Origin: an uncultured bacterium
GTDB lineage: Bacteria > Babelota > Babeliae > Babelales > JABCYS01
Length of the DNA stretch: 64,000 nucleotides
NCBI GenBank assembly: GCA_963705705.1
Contig: CAVPKK010000005.1
Location: 160,001-224,000, forward strand
Reading direction: 5' to 3'
The notes beneath the pieces are model-generated. The model ran no database searches. It was not told the DNA's origin and saw nothing but the letters and a program-made list of their open reading frames with translations. Position 1 is the stretch's first letter. Each line of letters opens with the position of its first letter. Positions 10,621 through 19,921 of the stretch are shown here, piece after piece. A program made the translations under genes and the position numbers.

Positions 10621-10732
10621 TGCGCTCATCCTGAGTCTTCGACGAGACTCAGACCTAAAGGCCTTCGATAAGTCACTTCGAGTCGAAGGGTTCACTCCTG
10701 AGTTTATCGAAGGATCGAAGGATCGTAGCGCG
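10621..10732 (+). repeat. Composite (nested) family-A palindromic element
   Basis: GCGCTCATCCTGAGT...TCGAAGGATCGTAGCGCG with further CTGAG/CGAAG modules inserted in the loop. Confidence 0.85.
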
Positions 10733-10754
10733 CAGGTAAATTCTTCTTTTATAT

Positions 10755-10841
10755 GCCGAAGTGGTGGAATGGTAGACACGCAGGTCTCAAAAACCTGTGG
10801 CTGTAATGGTCGTGCCGGTTCAAGTCCGGCCTTCGGCACCA
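10755..10841 (+). tRNA. tRNA-Leu(CAA)
   Basis: GCCGAAGTGGTGGAATGGTAGACACG-CAGGT-CTCAAAA-ACCTG...GGTTCAAGTCC...CCA. Confidence 0.95.
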
Positions 10842-10895
10842 GTGCATTTTATTTTTTCGTAATTGATGGCAGTTCGTTTTATAGAAAAGAAAATC

Positions 10896-12320
10896 TTATT
10901 TTTTTGATTCTTGCATATTGGGTTTTGCTGCAGATTCAAGGCGCTTAATATCTCGACTAATATTATCTTTAATCGGATCGAGCAGTGTCTTTATGGTTGT
11001 TATATTATTGCGATATTTAATTGAGGCGTCACCATTAACATCGTTCAACAATTCTTGAGAAAGCCTTAATACATCAATGGTATATGGTTGCGATTTTATT
11101 AGGTCCAAAACGTTTTCAACCGCAGACGCAGTGTTTTGAAGTTTGTTCTGTGTCATTACCTTATGAAGTTCTATTAGCCGATCAATAACCACCTGTCTTT
11201 CTACCATTGGTACAGGCGCGGGTACACTGCTGACAGGGACTTTTTCTTCCTTTATCTCAATGCCGCCAGGAGCTCCGATTTTTCCAGGTTGAGGTTTTGT
11301 GTGGCGAATTTCTTCTTTCTCTTTTTTCTCTTCTTCAGGTTTAGGATGAATGCCACTTTCTTGGGGTTTTCTGGCTTCTGCTGAATACAAAATAACCATT
11401 GCCGAAATGTTATCGGTACTTCCCTTATTGTAAGCGTCGTCTCGAAGTGCACGCGCGGCAGTTTCTAGAATCGCATTGTCACCTTGTTCCAGTGGTTTGG
11501 CCTCCTCAGTAGGTTTGCGCTTTCCAGGTTCTTTAGGATATTCTTTGTTTACGTTTGGCAGAGTGATTTTCTTGGTCACAATGTCTGATACTAGCTTTGC
11601 TGCTTGCTCATTGCTGAGCACATCCCAAACGCCATCGCAGGCAAGTATTATCAAATCACCAGGCTGAATGGCTACCGTATGGGTTTCCGGCGTTGCGATT
11701 ACACCACCTTTACCCACTATTCTTTTTATCGCACTATCACCCAGGGCTCGCGAAACGGCTAATCCACCAATGCGAAAAGCGTTGCCAGATTTTATTGGAC
11801 GTAGCCCTATTTTTTGAAGTCGTAACAGCTCTTCTGGCGCATCCGGTTTGTGATCGATCGTGTGAAAAATTACCTTGCCATTGCGAACAATAAGCGCACG
11901 TGAATCGCCTACCCAAGCTATATAGGCTTGGTTGCGTGTATCAGTATTCGATTCTTGGCCAGTAAGATATACTGCCACAGCCACAGCTCCCGATGGTTCT
12001 GGGCTTTTCCTTAATATTTCTTGATCTGTTTGTTCAAATGCATCCACAAGATTTTGTTCTATCTTGGTTACATTTTTTAACTGTTTATTAAAAAAATGCT
12101 TATACAGATTATTGGCCGCGTATTTTGCCGCTTGATCACCGCCATGACCATCATAAAGAGCGAAAAAAGCATCATGAGTTCTCACCTGATGAGTATGCTC
12201 ATCTTCCATGGTTGGACGATCACCTTGTCGTGCAGCCAGGCCCCATTGAAATGGCTGAGCCTGAACTGATGCAAAAGTTAAAATTAGAATATTGAAAAAT
12301 AATATAGGTGCTTGCTTCAT
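10896..12320 (-). CDS. Eukaryote-type PP2C/PPM Ser/Thr phosphatase with signal peptide and charged C-terminal extension
   Basis: QGDRPTMEDEH, YDGHGG, VGDSR, DHKP, LAVSRALGD, ILACDGVWDVL, GSTDNIS; N-terminus ends SVQA-Q. Confidence 0.92.
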   Translation of the reverse strand: MKQAPILFFNILILTFASVQAQPFQWGLAARQGDRPTMEDEHTHQVRTHDAFFALYDGHGGDQAAKYAANNLYKHFFNKQLKNVTKIEQNLVDAFEQTDQEILRKSPEPSGAVAVAVYLTGQESNTDTRNQAYIAWVGDSRALIVRNGKVIFHTIDHKPDAPEELLRLQKIGLRPIKSGNAFRIGGLAVSRALGDSAIKRIVGKGGVIATPETHTVAIQPGDLIILACDGVWDVLSNEQAAKLVSDIVTKKITLPNVNKEYPKEPGKRKPTEEAKPLEQGDNAILETAARALRDDAYNKGSTDNISAMVILYSAEARKPQESGIHPKPEEEKKEKEEIRHTKPQPGKIGAPGGIEIKEEKVPVSSVPAPVPMVERQVVIDRLIELHKVMTQNKLQNTASAVENVLDLIKSQPYTIDVLRLSQELLNDVNGDASIKYRNNITTIKTLLDPIKDNISRDIKRLESAAKPNMQESKK

Positions 12321-12531
12321 TTAGGTTCCTTAAATAGTTATACGCCCCAGCCTACGGTGCATTGGTATATCTGCAACTGGATATGAATTTTCTGAAAGAA
12401 TGAATGTGTACTCTTCTTTAATATAGATGAGTTGCATTAGTCATATCAATAATAGACATCAGAAACCGATATTCACCGGTAAAGAAAAGCGAAACTATGC
12501 CGAGCGTTCGAAGAGCAATCCACCAATGCAG

Positions 12532-13236
12532 TTAATTGGAAAACTTTGCATCTAAAATTTGCTTATACGAATCAAAGTGTTCTTGGCTGAATACAACTAT
12601 ATATATCTTGGTAAGAGAACCAATAATCGCCAAATTGCATACGGTATCAACTGCTATTGTTGCTGCTTCAATAAGCGGATACCCAAAAATGCCACAGCTA
12701 ATCGCCGGAAATGCAATCGATGTCAGTTGAGATTGCTGAGCAAGCTGCAATGATTTCTTATAAGCATTCGCCAGAATTTGAGCTTGCTGTGCATCATTAG
12801 GTTTCCAAATTGGTCCAACGGTATGAATAACATATGGCGATTTAATGTTATAACCTTTGGTAATGACTGCATCTCCATGATCGCAACGAACATCAGTACC
12901 AGCCAACGGTTTATAGCTTAAGCATTCTTCTTCGAGTCGTGGCCCGGCTGCTTTATGAATAACACCACATAAGCCGCCCAGATGTCTCAAACTAGGGTTG
13001 GCTGGGTTTACTATGGCATCAACTGGCTGCTCTAGAATATCACCTTTTACAAGATGAACCGTCTGACATTCATTCAGTTTATAAATATTATCCATAGCAT
13101 GAATGTTGGCTTTTTTATCGACATTATCACGCGACGGGAGTGCAGCTAAGCCCTTTGGAAAATCCTGTGCTGATATCAACGGAAAACTCAAGATTAGGAA
13201 ACTAATAGTACGACATGTTGTTTTTAATGATTTCAT
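12532..13236 (-). CDS. Macro domain (O-acetyl-ADP-ribose deacetylase / ADP-ribosylhydrolase) protein with signal peptide
   Basis: KGDI, DAIVNPAN, GGLCGVIHKAAG, VIHTVGP, SIAFPAISCGIFGYP. Confidence 0.92.
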   Translation of the reverse strand: MKSLKTTCRTISFLILSFPLISAQDFPKGLAALPSRDNVDKKANIHAMDNIYKLNECQTVHLVKGDILEQPVDAIVNPANPSLRHLGGLCGVIHKAAGPRLEEECLSYKPLAGTDVRCDHGDAVITKGYNIKSPYVIHTVGPIWKPNDAQQAQILANAYKKSLQLAQQSQLTSIAFPAISCGIFGYPLIEAATIAVDTVCNLAIIGSLTKIYIVVFSQEHFDSYKQILDAKFSN

Positions 13237-13375
13237 TTTTATTTCCTCAAAAAATATTCGATATTGTTCATACTACAGGCAAAAATAAGCTCGGCAACGG
13301 CTAAATATTCCATATGTAACGTCAGCTTGGTATGGTGAAAACAAATATTGCTAAAAGACTCATTTGAGGTGTTGT

Positions 13376-13666
13376 ATGCCAATTAAAAAAAAGAAAAAAC
13401 TATGGGTGAGGCATGTAATGGAAACCTCAAATGCTCTTTCATTGCCTGAAGGTGTTTTTCAATGGTCGGCAAAGGATATTGCAAAAGGACTTAAAGAATC
13501 TGCCGAAGCCAGCACACGGCGCAAAGGTACGCCATTGCAATCAGCCATGTCGATGCTCAATTTCTACATTAATCGGGCAGGTAAAAACTTAAAACCCAAA
13601 GACAAACTGCGGCTCGAAAAAGCAAAAAATGAACTGCGCAAACTCTTTGGAAGAGAACCAAAATAA
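13376..13666 (+). CDS. DUF3175-like small basic protein
   Basis: ETSNALSLPEGVF...QSAMSMLNFYINRAGKNL; GAGGTG RBS before ATG 13376. Confidence 0.8.
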   Translation: MPIKKKKKLWVRHVMETSNALSLPEGVFQWSAKDIAKGLKESAEASTRRKGTPLQSAMSMLNFYINRAGKNLKPKDKLRLEKAKNELRKLFGREPK

Positions 13667-13683
13667 TTAGAAGGAAGACGGTT

Positions 13684-15057
13684 GTGGAGCGAGCTACTAT
13701 TATCTTATTAGGTGCTACCGGCGATCTGGCTCGACGAAAATTAATTCCGGCACTTATTGAACTTGCACGACTCACACAGCTAACCATCATTGGCGCAGCC
13801 GAAGATGAGATGAGCCGTGAGCAATTTCAACACTATGTGCGCCCTTCAAACATTACGGATGATCAATGGCATTCATTTGCGCAACATCTCTACTATCAGC
13901 AATTTAATGCGGCACAGAAACAAAGCTATGACGAACTTCTCGACTTTGCCAACAAATTTCCAGCCGAACATCGGATCGTATACTGCGCAATGCCGCCCGA
14001 GCTTTTTTGTACGATCACCGAACTGGTTGGCAAATCTGGTTTGGTGCAAAAGGGAAAACCTCATCAAGTAATCGTATATGAAAAACCATTCGGCCAAGAT
14101 CTCAAATCGGCTAAAACATTGAATGAATGCGTTGCTGATTGGTTCACGGAAGATCAGGTCTTCCGCATTGATCATTATCTTACTAAGGAGATGGTCGAAA
14201 ATATTACACTCGTGCGTTTTACCAATACAATTTTTGAACCAATTTGGAATGGCATCTACATAGATTCCGTGCATATTGTGTTGCATGAAGATGTTGGCCT
14301 TGAAGGCCGCGGCGCCTATTACGATACATATGGCGTGCTTAAAGATGTGGTGCAAAATCACATGCTGCAATTATTGGCGCTTGTCGCTATGGAAGAACCA
14401 GTTTCATTATCTGGCGATGCGGTACGTGATGCAAAAGTAAATTTGTTAAAAAGTGTCACAGTTAAAGATGGGTTGCTTGGCCAATACGAAGGTTATCGCA
14501 ATGAGGATCATGTCCATAAAGATTCTACAACGCCAACGTTTGCGTTGTTGGAGCTTGCAGTAAATAATGAACGTTGGCGTGGTGCTCGCTTCTTCTTATC
14601 AACCGGAAAAGCGTTAGATCATAAAGCAACATATATCCGCATAACATTTAGAACAGTAACCTGTAGCTTGGAACGAGTCCGCGATTGTCTTCCCAATGTG
14701 CTCACTATTAGTATTTATCCTGAAGGTGGTTATTCATTGGCTTTGAATGTAAAGGAGCCGCGCACGTCAACGTTCATCCGACCTGAGCCACCAGCGCATA
14801 TCAAACAAGTTGATATGCATTATCTACAGTTCGTTGAAAAGAAACCAGCGCCTGAATATCTTGTTATCTTTGAGGAAATTTTATCGCATCAAATATCTGT
14901 CGGCGTTCGCTTCGATGAGATTGAAGAGCAATGGCGAATCACCGACCAAATACTAGCAATGGATTTGCCACAATATACCTATACCCAAGGATCAACCGGG
15001 CCTCAAGAGGCAGAAACTTTTGCACAAAAAAAAGGAATTGCATGGTCACAACTATAG
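13684..15057 (+). CDS. zwf: Glucose-6-phosphate 1-dehydrogenase
   Basis: GATGDLARRKL, EKPFG, RIDHYLTKE, DVVQNH. Confidence 0.95.
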   Translation: MERATIILLGATGDLARRKLIPALIELARLTQLTIIGAAEDEMSREQFQHYVRPSNITDDQWHSFAQHLYYQQFNAAQKQSYDELLDFANKFPAEHRIVYCAMPPELFCTITELVGKSGLVQKGKPHQVIVYEKPFGQDLKSAKTLNECVADWFTEDQVFRIDHYLTKEMVENITLVRFTNTIFEPIWNGIYIDSVHIVLHEDVGLEGRGAYYDTYGVLKDVVQNHMLQLLALVAMEEPVSLSGDAVRDAKVNLLKSVTVKDGLLGQYEGYRNEDHVHKDSTTPTFALLELAVNNERWRGARFFLSTGKALDHKATYIRITFRTVTCSLERVRDCLPNVLTISIYPEGGYSLALNVKEPRTSTFIRPEPPAHIKQVDMHYLQFVEKKPAPEYLVIFEEILSHQISVGVRFDEIEEQWRITDQILAMDLPQYTYTQGSTGPQEAETFAQKKGIAWSQL

Positions 15058-15965
15058 GGCTTATAGGCGCTGGTAAAATGGGCATGCAGCTCGCACAGTA
15101 CTGGCGAAAAAAGGATTATACGGTTCTAGCGTATGACCCAAATGAAGAAGCGAAAACCCATCTTAAAGTGCTTAACTGTGCTGTTATGCCTACCATTCAT
15201 CAACTGGCTGATGCAGCTCCTGTAATTTGGCTTATGGTACCCCATGAAATAGTTGATCAGGTATTAGAAGAGATCACACCCCATGCGCAACCTGGCACTA
15301 TTATTATTGATGGTGGCAATAGTAATTTTAATGACTCCATGCGCCGCGCGAATCAGTTAAAAAAGTATGGTATCACATTCCTGGATTGCGGTGTTTCTGG
15401 CGGTATAGTTGCCGCAGATGGTTTTTCCTTGATGATTGGCGGAGACCGCGCTGCATATGATGCTACAAAACATTTTTTTGAAACGTTGGCAGCGCCGTTG
15501 AAAAAAGATGAGCATGGTTGTCCATTATTGGCTTATGCCTATATCGGACCATCAGGTGCCGGTCATTACACGAAAATGGTACACAATGGCATCGAATATG
15601 CCTTGATGGAAGTATATGGTGAAGGCTTTCAATTATTGCGTGAAGGAAAATTTAAAAACTTAGATTTGCAAGAAATAAGCAGAATTTGGCAAGCAGCGGT
15701 CATCAAATCTGAATTGTTAAATCTTGCGCATTACATATTTGCGAACGACCAGAGACTTACAAAAATTAGCGGCGAAGTCGGCGAAACCGGCATGGGGCAA
15801 TGGACAGTTGATGAAGCAAAAAAAGAACAGATTCCTGTCAAACTTATTGAAGATGCGGTCAACATTCGCGATCTTTCGCACAAAACAGGCGGGAATTTTG
15901 CTACCAAATTAGTTGCAATGCTACGCCATGAATTCGGCGGCCATTCGATAAAAAAAGTTGAATAA
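15042..15965 (+). CDS. gnd: 6-phosphogluconate dehydrogenase, decarboxylating (short form)
   Basis: IGLIGAGKMG, IDGGNS, GVSGG, GHYTKMVHNGIEY, LRHEFGGH. Confidence 0.93.
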   Translation: MVTTIGLIGAGKMGMQLAQYWRKKDYTVLAYDPNEEAKTHLKVLNCAVMPTIHQLADAAPVIWLMVPHEIVDQVLEEITPHAQPGTIIIDGGNSNFNDSMRRANQLKKYGITFLDCGVSGGIVAADGFSLMIGGDRAAYDATKHFFETLAAPLKKDEHGCPLLAYAYIGPSGAGHYTKMVHNGIEYALMEVYGEGFQLLREGKFKNLDLQEISRIWQAAVIKSELLNLAHYIFANDQRLTKISGEVGETGMGQWTVDEAKKEQIPVKLIEDAVNIRDLSHKTGGNFATKLVAMLRHEFGGHSIKKVE

Positions 15966-16418
15966 CAATGTCATGCATTGGAAATAGTAGAATTAACAAA
16001 ATGCGCTAGTAATACAAAATTTTTAGTGTTGCATCATTGCTCTTGACTTAAGCTGTGTTGGTATAGTAGTCTCAGTCAATAAAAGTAAATGAATTGCAAA
16101 GGAAGTAGTAGTGAATTTTAAAAACGTACATATCGCCGAAAAGCACACATACATACGCACACAATTCCGATTTGCAGTTCCCTTTCAAAACAATTTTGTA
16201 ATATAGTTTCGCGACATTCTGAGCGTTGCTTACATCTTGCTTGTGCAGCGTCAAATGCGCAATAATATATTCTAGACGACAGTTTTGAATAACACTCTCA
16301 AAACAGGAGGAAACGGAGCGAAAAACACAATAAATTAGTGCAGACCAAGAATACCATCGGATAATATCCGACGAAGGTAGATCGAATATTCGTCCTAACC
16401 TATATAAAAAGGGTTCAC

Positions 16419-18338
16419 ATGAAAAGAGAACTATTACGTGGAATAGTAATTGCTCAGGCAATGCTTTTTGGCTTACAACAGCCTATTTTAGCAAGAGATT
16501 GCGAACGGCCTTGTTCTAGAAAAACAAAATGGGATTACATTATCGTCGGCGGTGGAACATCTGCTAGCCAACTTGCCAAAATTTTGACGGACGATTTTAA
16601 AACATCTGTTTTAATGATTGAAGCCGGTCCAAATTATGATGGTGACATTAGGGTTGAAAAACCAGCTCCATATGCGAATCAATTATCAGGAAAATATGAA
16701 ACTATTTATGATTACCAGCAGGTTTCAATTTATCAACAATTCGCAAACAACAATACCTACCCGTATATTAATGGTCGCATGCTTGGTGGTAGCAGCTCAC
16801 ACAATGGTCTGCAATATACCTGGCCAACAACCGCAGTAATGAATGAATGGGATGCAGCTGCTGGCAGTACCGGCTTATGGGGACCTGATAATACAATTAA
16901 TGGGACTGGGTCGGCGATGGTGGAACTTGAAAACTATAATGGCACCACTAATCCTGATGGCAATGTCCGCGGCAGAAATATGGGTCCATTCCATCCACAA
17001 GTGCGTCAGGCACCTGCAGATGTGCAACCACCAGTAAATGATGTTGTTGCTATTATTGACGGTTCAGCGGGCGCTAATTCTCTAGCTACTGCAGGCCAGC
17101 AACTTATGGATTACCCAAATGATTTTAATGATCCTGCGGAACCAATTGGTGTTTGCCCGCAATGGCAATTGTGGGAAAACTGGACTGATACTGCCCCTAC
17201 AGATACATTGCATGAGCGTCAATCAGCTTCGATCGTTTTTCTCGATCCAATAATAAACGCATCATCTGGCAAAGGCTTAAATGGTCGTAAATTACAGGTG
17301 CTAACAAATGCAACTGTTAATAAAATTTTATTTGATGGGCAAACTGCTTCCGGAGTTTCTTTCACTGATAACAAAGGTAATGGTCAAGAAGCATTTGCAA
17401 AACAAGAGATTATTGTTTCTGCAGGCGCATTTAGTTGTGAAGTGCTAATGCGATCTGGTATTGGTAATTATTCCCGTCCAGAATTATTTACCAATCCAGC
17501 ACAAGCACCGTGGGCATTATTAAGCGCGTCAAATATCCCGCAAGTGTTTGATAACCCAAATGTTGGCCAACATTTGCAGAATCACCCGTTAGTGACTGCT
17601 GCTGTTGTAACTACACCAACATCTGCAGAATTCCCAAATGGTGCGCCTCTCTTGCCGTTAGATGATCTTGATGCACTGTATGTCGTGGCGGCAAATTTCC
17701 CAGCAGTCCCAGGCGGTACCAACAGAAATATTGTCATAGACTTTTCAATAGGCGGCGGTTTACCTGCTGTTCCAGCAAATGCGAATAGAGCGTTGATACT
17801 TCCTATTCTACTCACTCCTGTCAGCGAAGGATCAGTAGTTATTAGAAGCCAAAACCTTAATACTACATCAATTGAAGATCCAAATTTATTTGGTGACACT
17901 CAAGGCACAGGTGATCCTAGCACTAGCCAGGATTTCAATATCCTATACAACTTTATGCAAGGTATTGGTTCGCCAAACGCAATTAGTGCAGCAAATGGCC
18001 CTATGTATAACATACTGCTTGCGCTGAAGAATCTAGGTTGGAATATTCTAACACCGCTAACGACTTTCCAATCCACAGATGCATTAACTGCTTATATTAA
18101 AGCATCGGTATTCCATGCCTTTCACTATGCCAGAACCTGCCAAATGGGTACGGCACCTTCTAACAGTGTAGTTGATTATCAAGGTCGCGTTTGGGGTGTA
18201 AACCGTCTGCGTGTACTTGATGTGTCGATTGCCCCTGTAATCCCAGATAGCAATACGGGCAGCGTAGCCTTTATGATTGCAAAAATTATGGGACCATTGA
18301 TTGCTTCAGGCGCTAGCTTGCCATTTACCACATACTAA
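16419..18338 (+). CDS. Secreted GMC (glucose-methanol-choline) oxidoreductase
   Basis: DYIIVGGGTS FAD motif, GRMLGGSSSHN, LMRSGIG, VGQHLQNH, C-terminal His/Asn pair (HYARTCQMG; DSNT); signal peptide. Confidence 0.92.
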   Translation: MKRELLRGIVIAQAMLFGLQQPILARDCERPCSRKTKWDYIIVGGGTSASQLAKILTDDFKTSVLMIEAGPNYDGDIRVEKPAPYANQLSGKYETIYDYQQVSIYQQFANNNTYPYINGRMLGGSSSHNGLQYTWPTTAVMNEWDAAAGSTGLWGPDNTINGTGSAMVELENYNGTTNPDGNVRGRNMGPFHPQVRQAPADVQPPVNDVVAIIDGSAGANSLATAGQQLMDYPNDFNDPAEPIGVCPQWQLWENWTDTAPTDTLHERQSASIVFLDPIINASSGKGLNGRKLQVLTNATVNKILFDGQTASGVSFTDNKGNGQEAFAKQEIIVSAGAFSCEVLMRSGIGNYSRPELFTNPAQAPWALLSASNIPQVFDNPNVGQHLQNHPLVTAAVVTTPTSAEFPNGAPLLPLDDLDALYVVAANFPAVPGGTNRNIVIDFSIGGGLPAVPANANRALILPILLTPVSEGSVVIRSQNLNTTSIEDPNLFGDTQGTGDPSTSQDFNILYNFMQGIGSPNAISAANGPMYNILLALKNLGWNILTPLTTFQSTDALTAYIKASVFHAFHYARTCQMGTAPSNSVVDYQGRVWGVNRLRVLDVSIAPVIPDSNTGSVAFMIAKIMGPLIASGASLPFTTY

Positions 18339-18363
18339 ACAAAAGATCATTTCTTTGTTTAAT

Positions 18364-18395
18364 AAAAAAGGCCCGGAATTTCCGGGCCTTTTTTT
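18364..18395. terminator. Bidirectional intrinsic terminator
   Basis: AAAAAAGGCCCGGA-ATT-TCCGGGCCTTTTTTT between convergent genes. Confidence 0.9.
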
Positions 18396-18416
18396 GATCA
18401 CGATACGGTAAAAAAT

Positions 18417-19142
18417 TCATGCAAGGTTCGAAAACGGCGTGAGCAATCGTTTTATAAAGTGCGTTTTTGGATGGGCAACCAGTTCTTTATACGTGCCGCG
18501 TTGCTTAATTTCACCATCAATCATAACTGCAACTGATGCGCCAAAAAATTCTGCATCCTCATATTGATGTGTAACCAAAATGATTGGTATATCCAAAGTA
18601 TCGAACAGTTTTTTCATATCGCGAGCCACATCGAATTTGGTAACCTGATCAATATTAGACAATGGTTCATCAAGCAAAAAAAGATCTGGTTTGACTGCCA
18701 AGGCCCGCGCAAGTGCTACCAGCTGCTGCTGCCCGCCAGACAATTCTAATACCGATTTGTGACCATATCCTTTCAATTCAATCATTTCAAGCAATTCGCC
18801 AACAATTTTTTTCTGTGTTTTTGTCTCGACATTTGTTAGCTGTAATCCATATGCAATATTCTCCGCAACGTTAAGATGCGGAAATAAACCATAGTTTTGA
18901 GCCACGTAACCTATTTTGCGTTGTTCGATAGGAAGCTTAGTTATCTCATGGTCATGCAAAAAGATTGAACCATGAGTTGGGTGAACAATACCCAATATTG
19001 TTTTGAGTAAGGTTGATTTCCCAGCGCCAGATACCCCCATCAATACGAGAAGTTCTTTTGGCATTACCTTTAAATCGAAATGTTTGAGCACTGCTACTTT
19101 GTCGTAACCAGCAGTTATATTCCTAAGTAAAAGCCCTTCCAT
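18417..19142 (-). CDS. ABC transporter ATP-binding protein (ModC/CysA-like)
   Basis: GVSGAGKST, LFPHLNV, LSGGQQQ, LLDEP, VTH. Confidence 0.9.
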   Translation of the reverse strand: MEGLLLRNITAGYDKVAVLKHFDLKVMPKELLVLMGVSGAGKSTLLKTILGIVHPTHGSIFLHDHEITKLPIEQRKIGYVAQNYGLFPHLNVAENIAYGLQLTNVETKTQKKIVGELLEMIELKGYGHKSVLELSGGQQQLVALARALAVKPDLFLLDEPLSNIDQVTKFDVARDMKKLFDTLDIPIILVTHQYEDAEFFGASVAVMIDGEIKQRGTYKELVAHPKTHFIKRLLTPFSNLA

Positions 19143-19921
19143 GGCTTCCTTCCATGTGTAAATCGTTTAAAGATTAAGAGGGCAATCAGTGAAGCAGTTG
19201 TCACTAAAATTGTTGCGGCCAGTGCTGGAGCAGTTTCTTTTGAATGGGTGGCAATATAAGTCGAAATATCTTCCGTTTTATAGGGAATGATGCCGGCAAA
19301 TATTAATCCACCACCAAGTTCGCCCATAGCTCGTGCCCAACATAGTGAAGTGGCCGAAGCAATATCTTTTGCGGCTAGCGGCAAAAACAGCGTTAATAGT
19401 AGTTGTATTTCATTTGCGCCAAGTGTACGTGCAATAAGATCTAAACCCGATTCCTGAATCTCTCTAAATTTGCGCACTGAAAAGGCAATAATAAAAGGAG
19501 CCGATACAAATAACTTTGCAAAGATAAGTGCTGTATAGGTATAGGCAATATTTATATTAAACGGTGAGTTGGGTCCGAGCATAAGAAGTAAGATGATGCC
19601 CTCAGCAACGGGAGGAAAAGTTTGTGGAACATCAACAATTAATGTTTCAAGAAATTCTTTTCCCTTAAAATTTTTCATAGCAAAAATATATGCCAGCGGC
19701 ACACCAAAAATAATGGAAATTAATACCGTAATACATGAGGATGATATGCTCAGCCAAGCGGCTGCTAAAATTTCGGGATTTACAAAGGAACGTAATACTT
19801 CATGACTATGTCCTAAGATTGCAATGTATTGGTAAAAGAAAATGAAGATTGACCAGCCAAGCAAGGTAAAGCCTAATGCATATAAGAGAAGCATTAATAA
19901 TAATTGTATTGCAATCCTCAT
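19115..19921 (-). CDS. ABC transporter permease (ModB/CysT-like)
   Basis: GVPLAY, PQTFPPVAEG, ARTLGA, WARAMGELG. Confidence 0.85.
   Translation of the reverse strand: MRIAIQLLLMLLLYALGFTLLGWSIFIFFYQYIAILGHSHEVLRSFVNPEILAAAWLSISSSCITVLISIIFGVPLAYIFAMKNFKGKEFLETLIVDVPQTFPPVAEGIILLLMLGPNSPFNINIAYTYTALIFAKLFVSAPFIIAFSVRKFREIQESGLDLIARTLGANEIQLLLTLFLPLAAKDIASATSLCWARAMGELGGGLIFAGIIPYKTEDISTYIATHSKETAPALAATILVTTASLIALLIFKRFTHGRKPWKGFYLGI

Noticed and set aside
10583..10948. 121-aa ORF and antisense 80-aa ORF
   Set aside because: They are translations of the composite repeat plus tRNA-Leu.
6999..12320. Prophage or integrative element at the tRNA cluster
   Set aside because: No integrase, no phage genes and no duplicated tRNA 3' end seen in the window.
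16072..16461. 129-aa minus-strand ORF upstream of the GMC gene
   Set aside because: No recognisable motifs, atypical composition, and it overlaps the GMC start.
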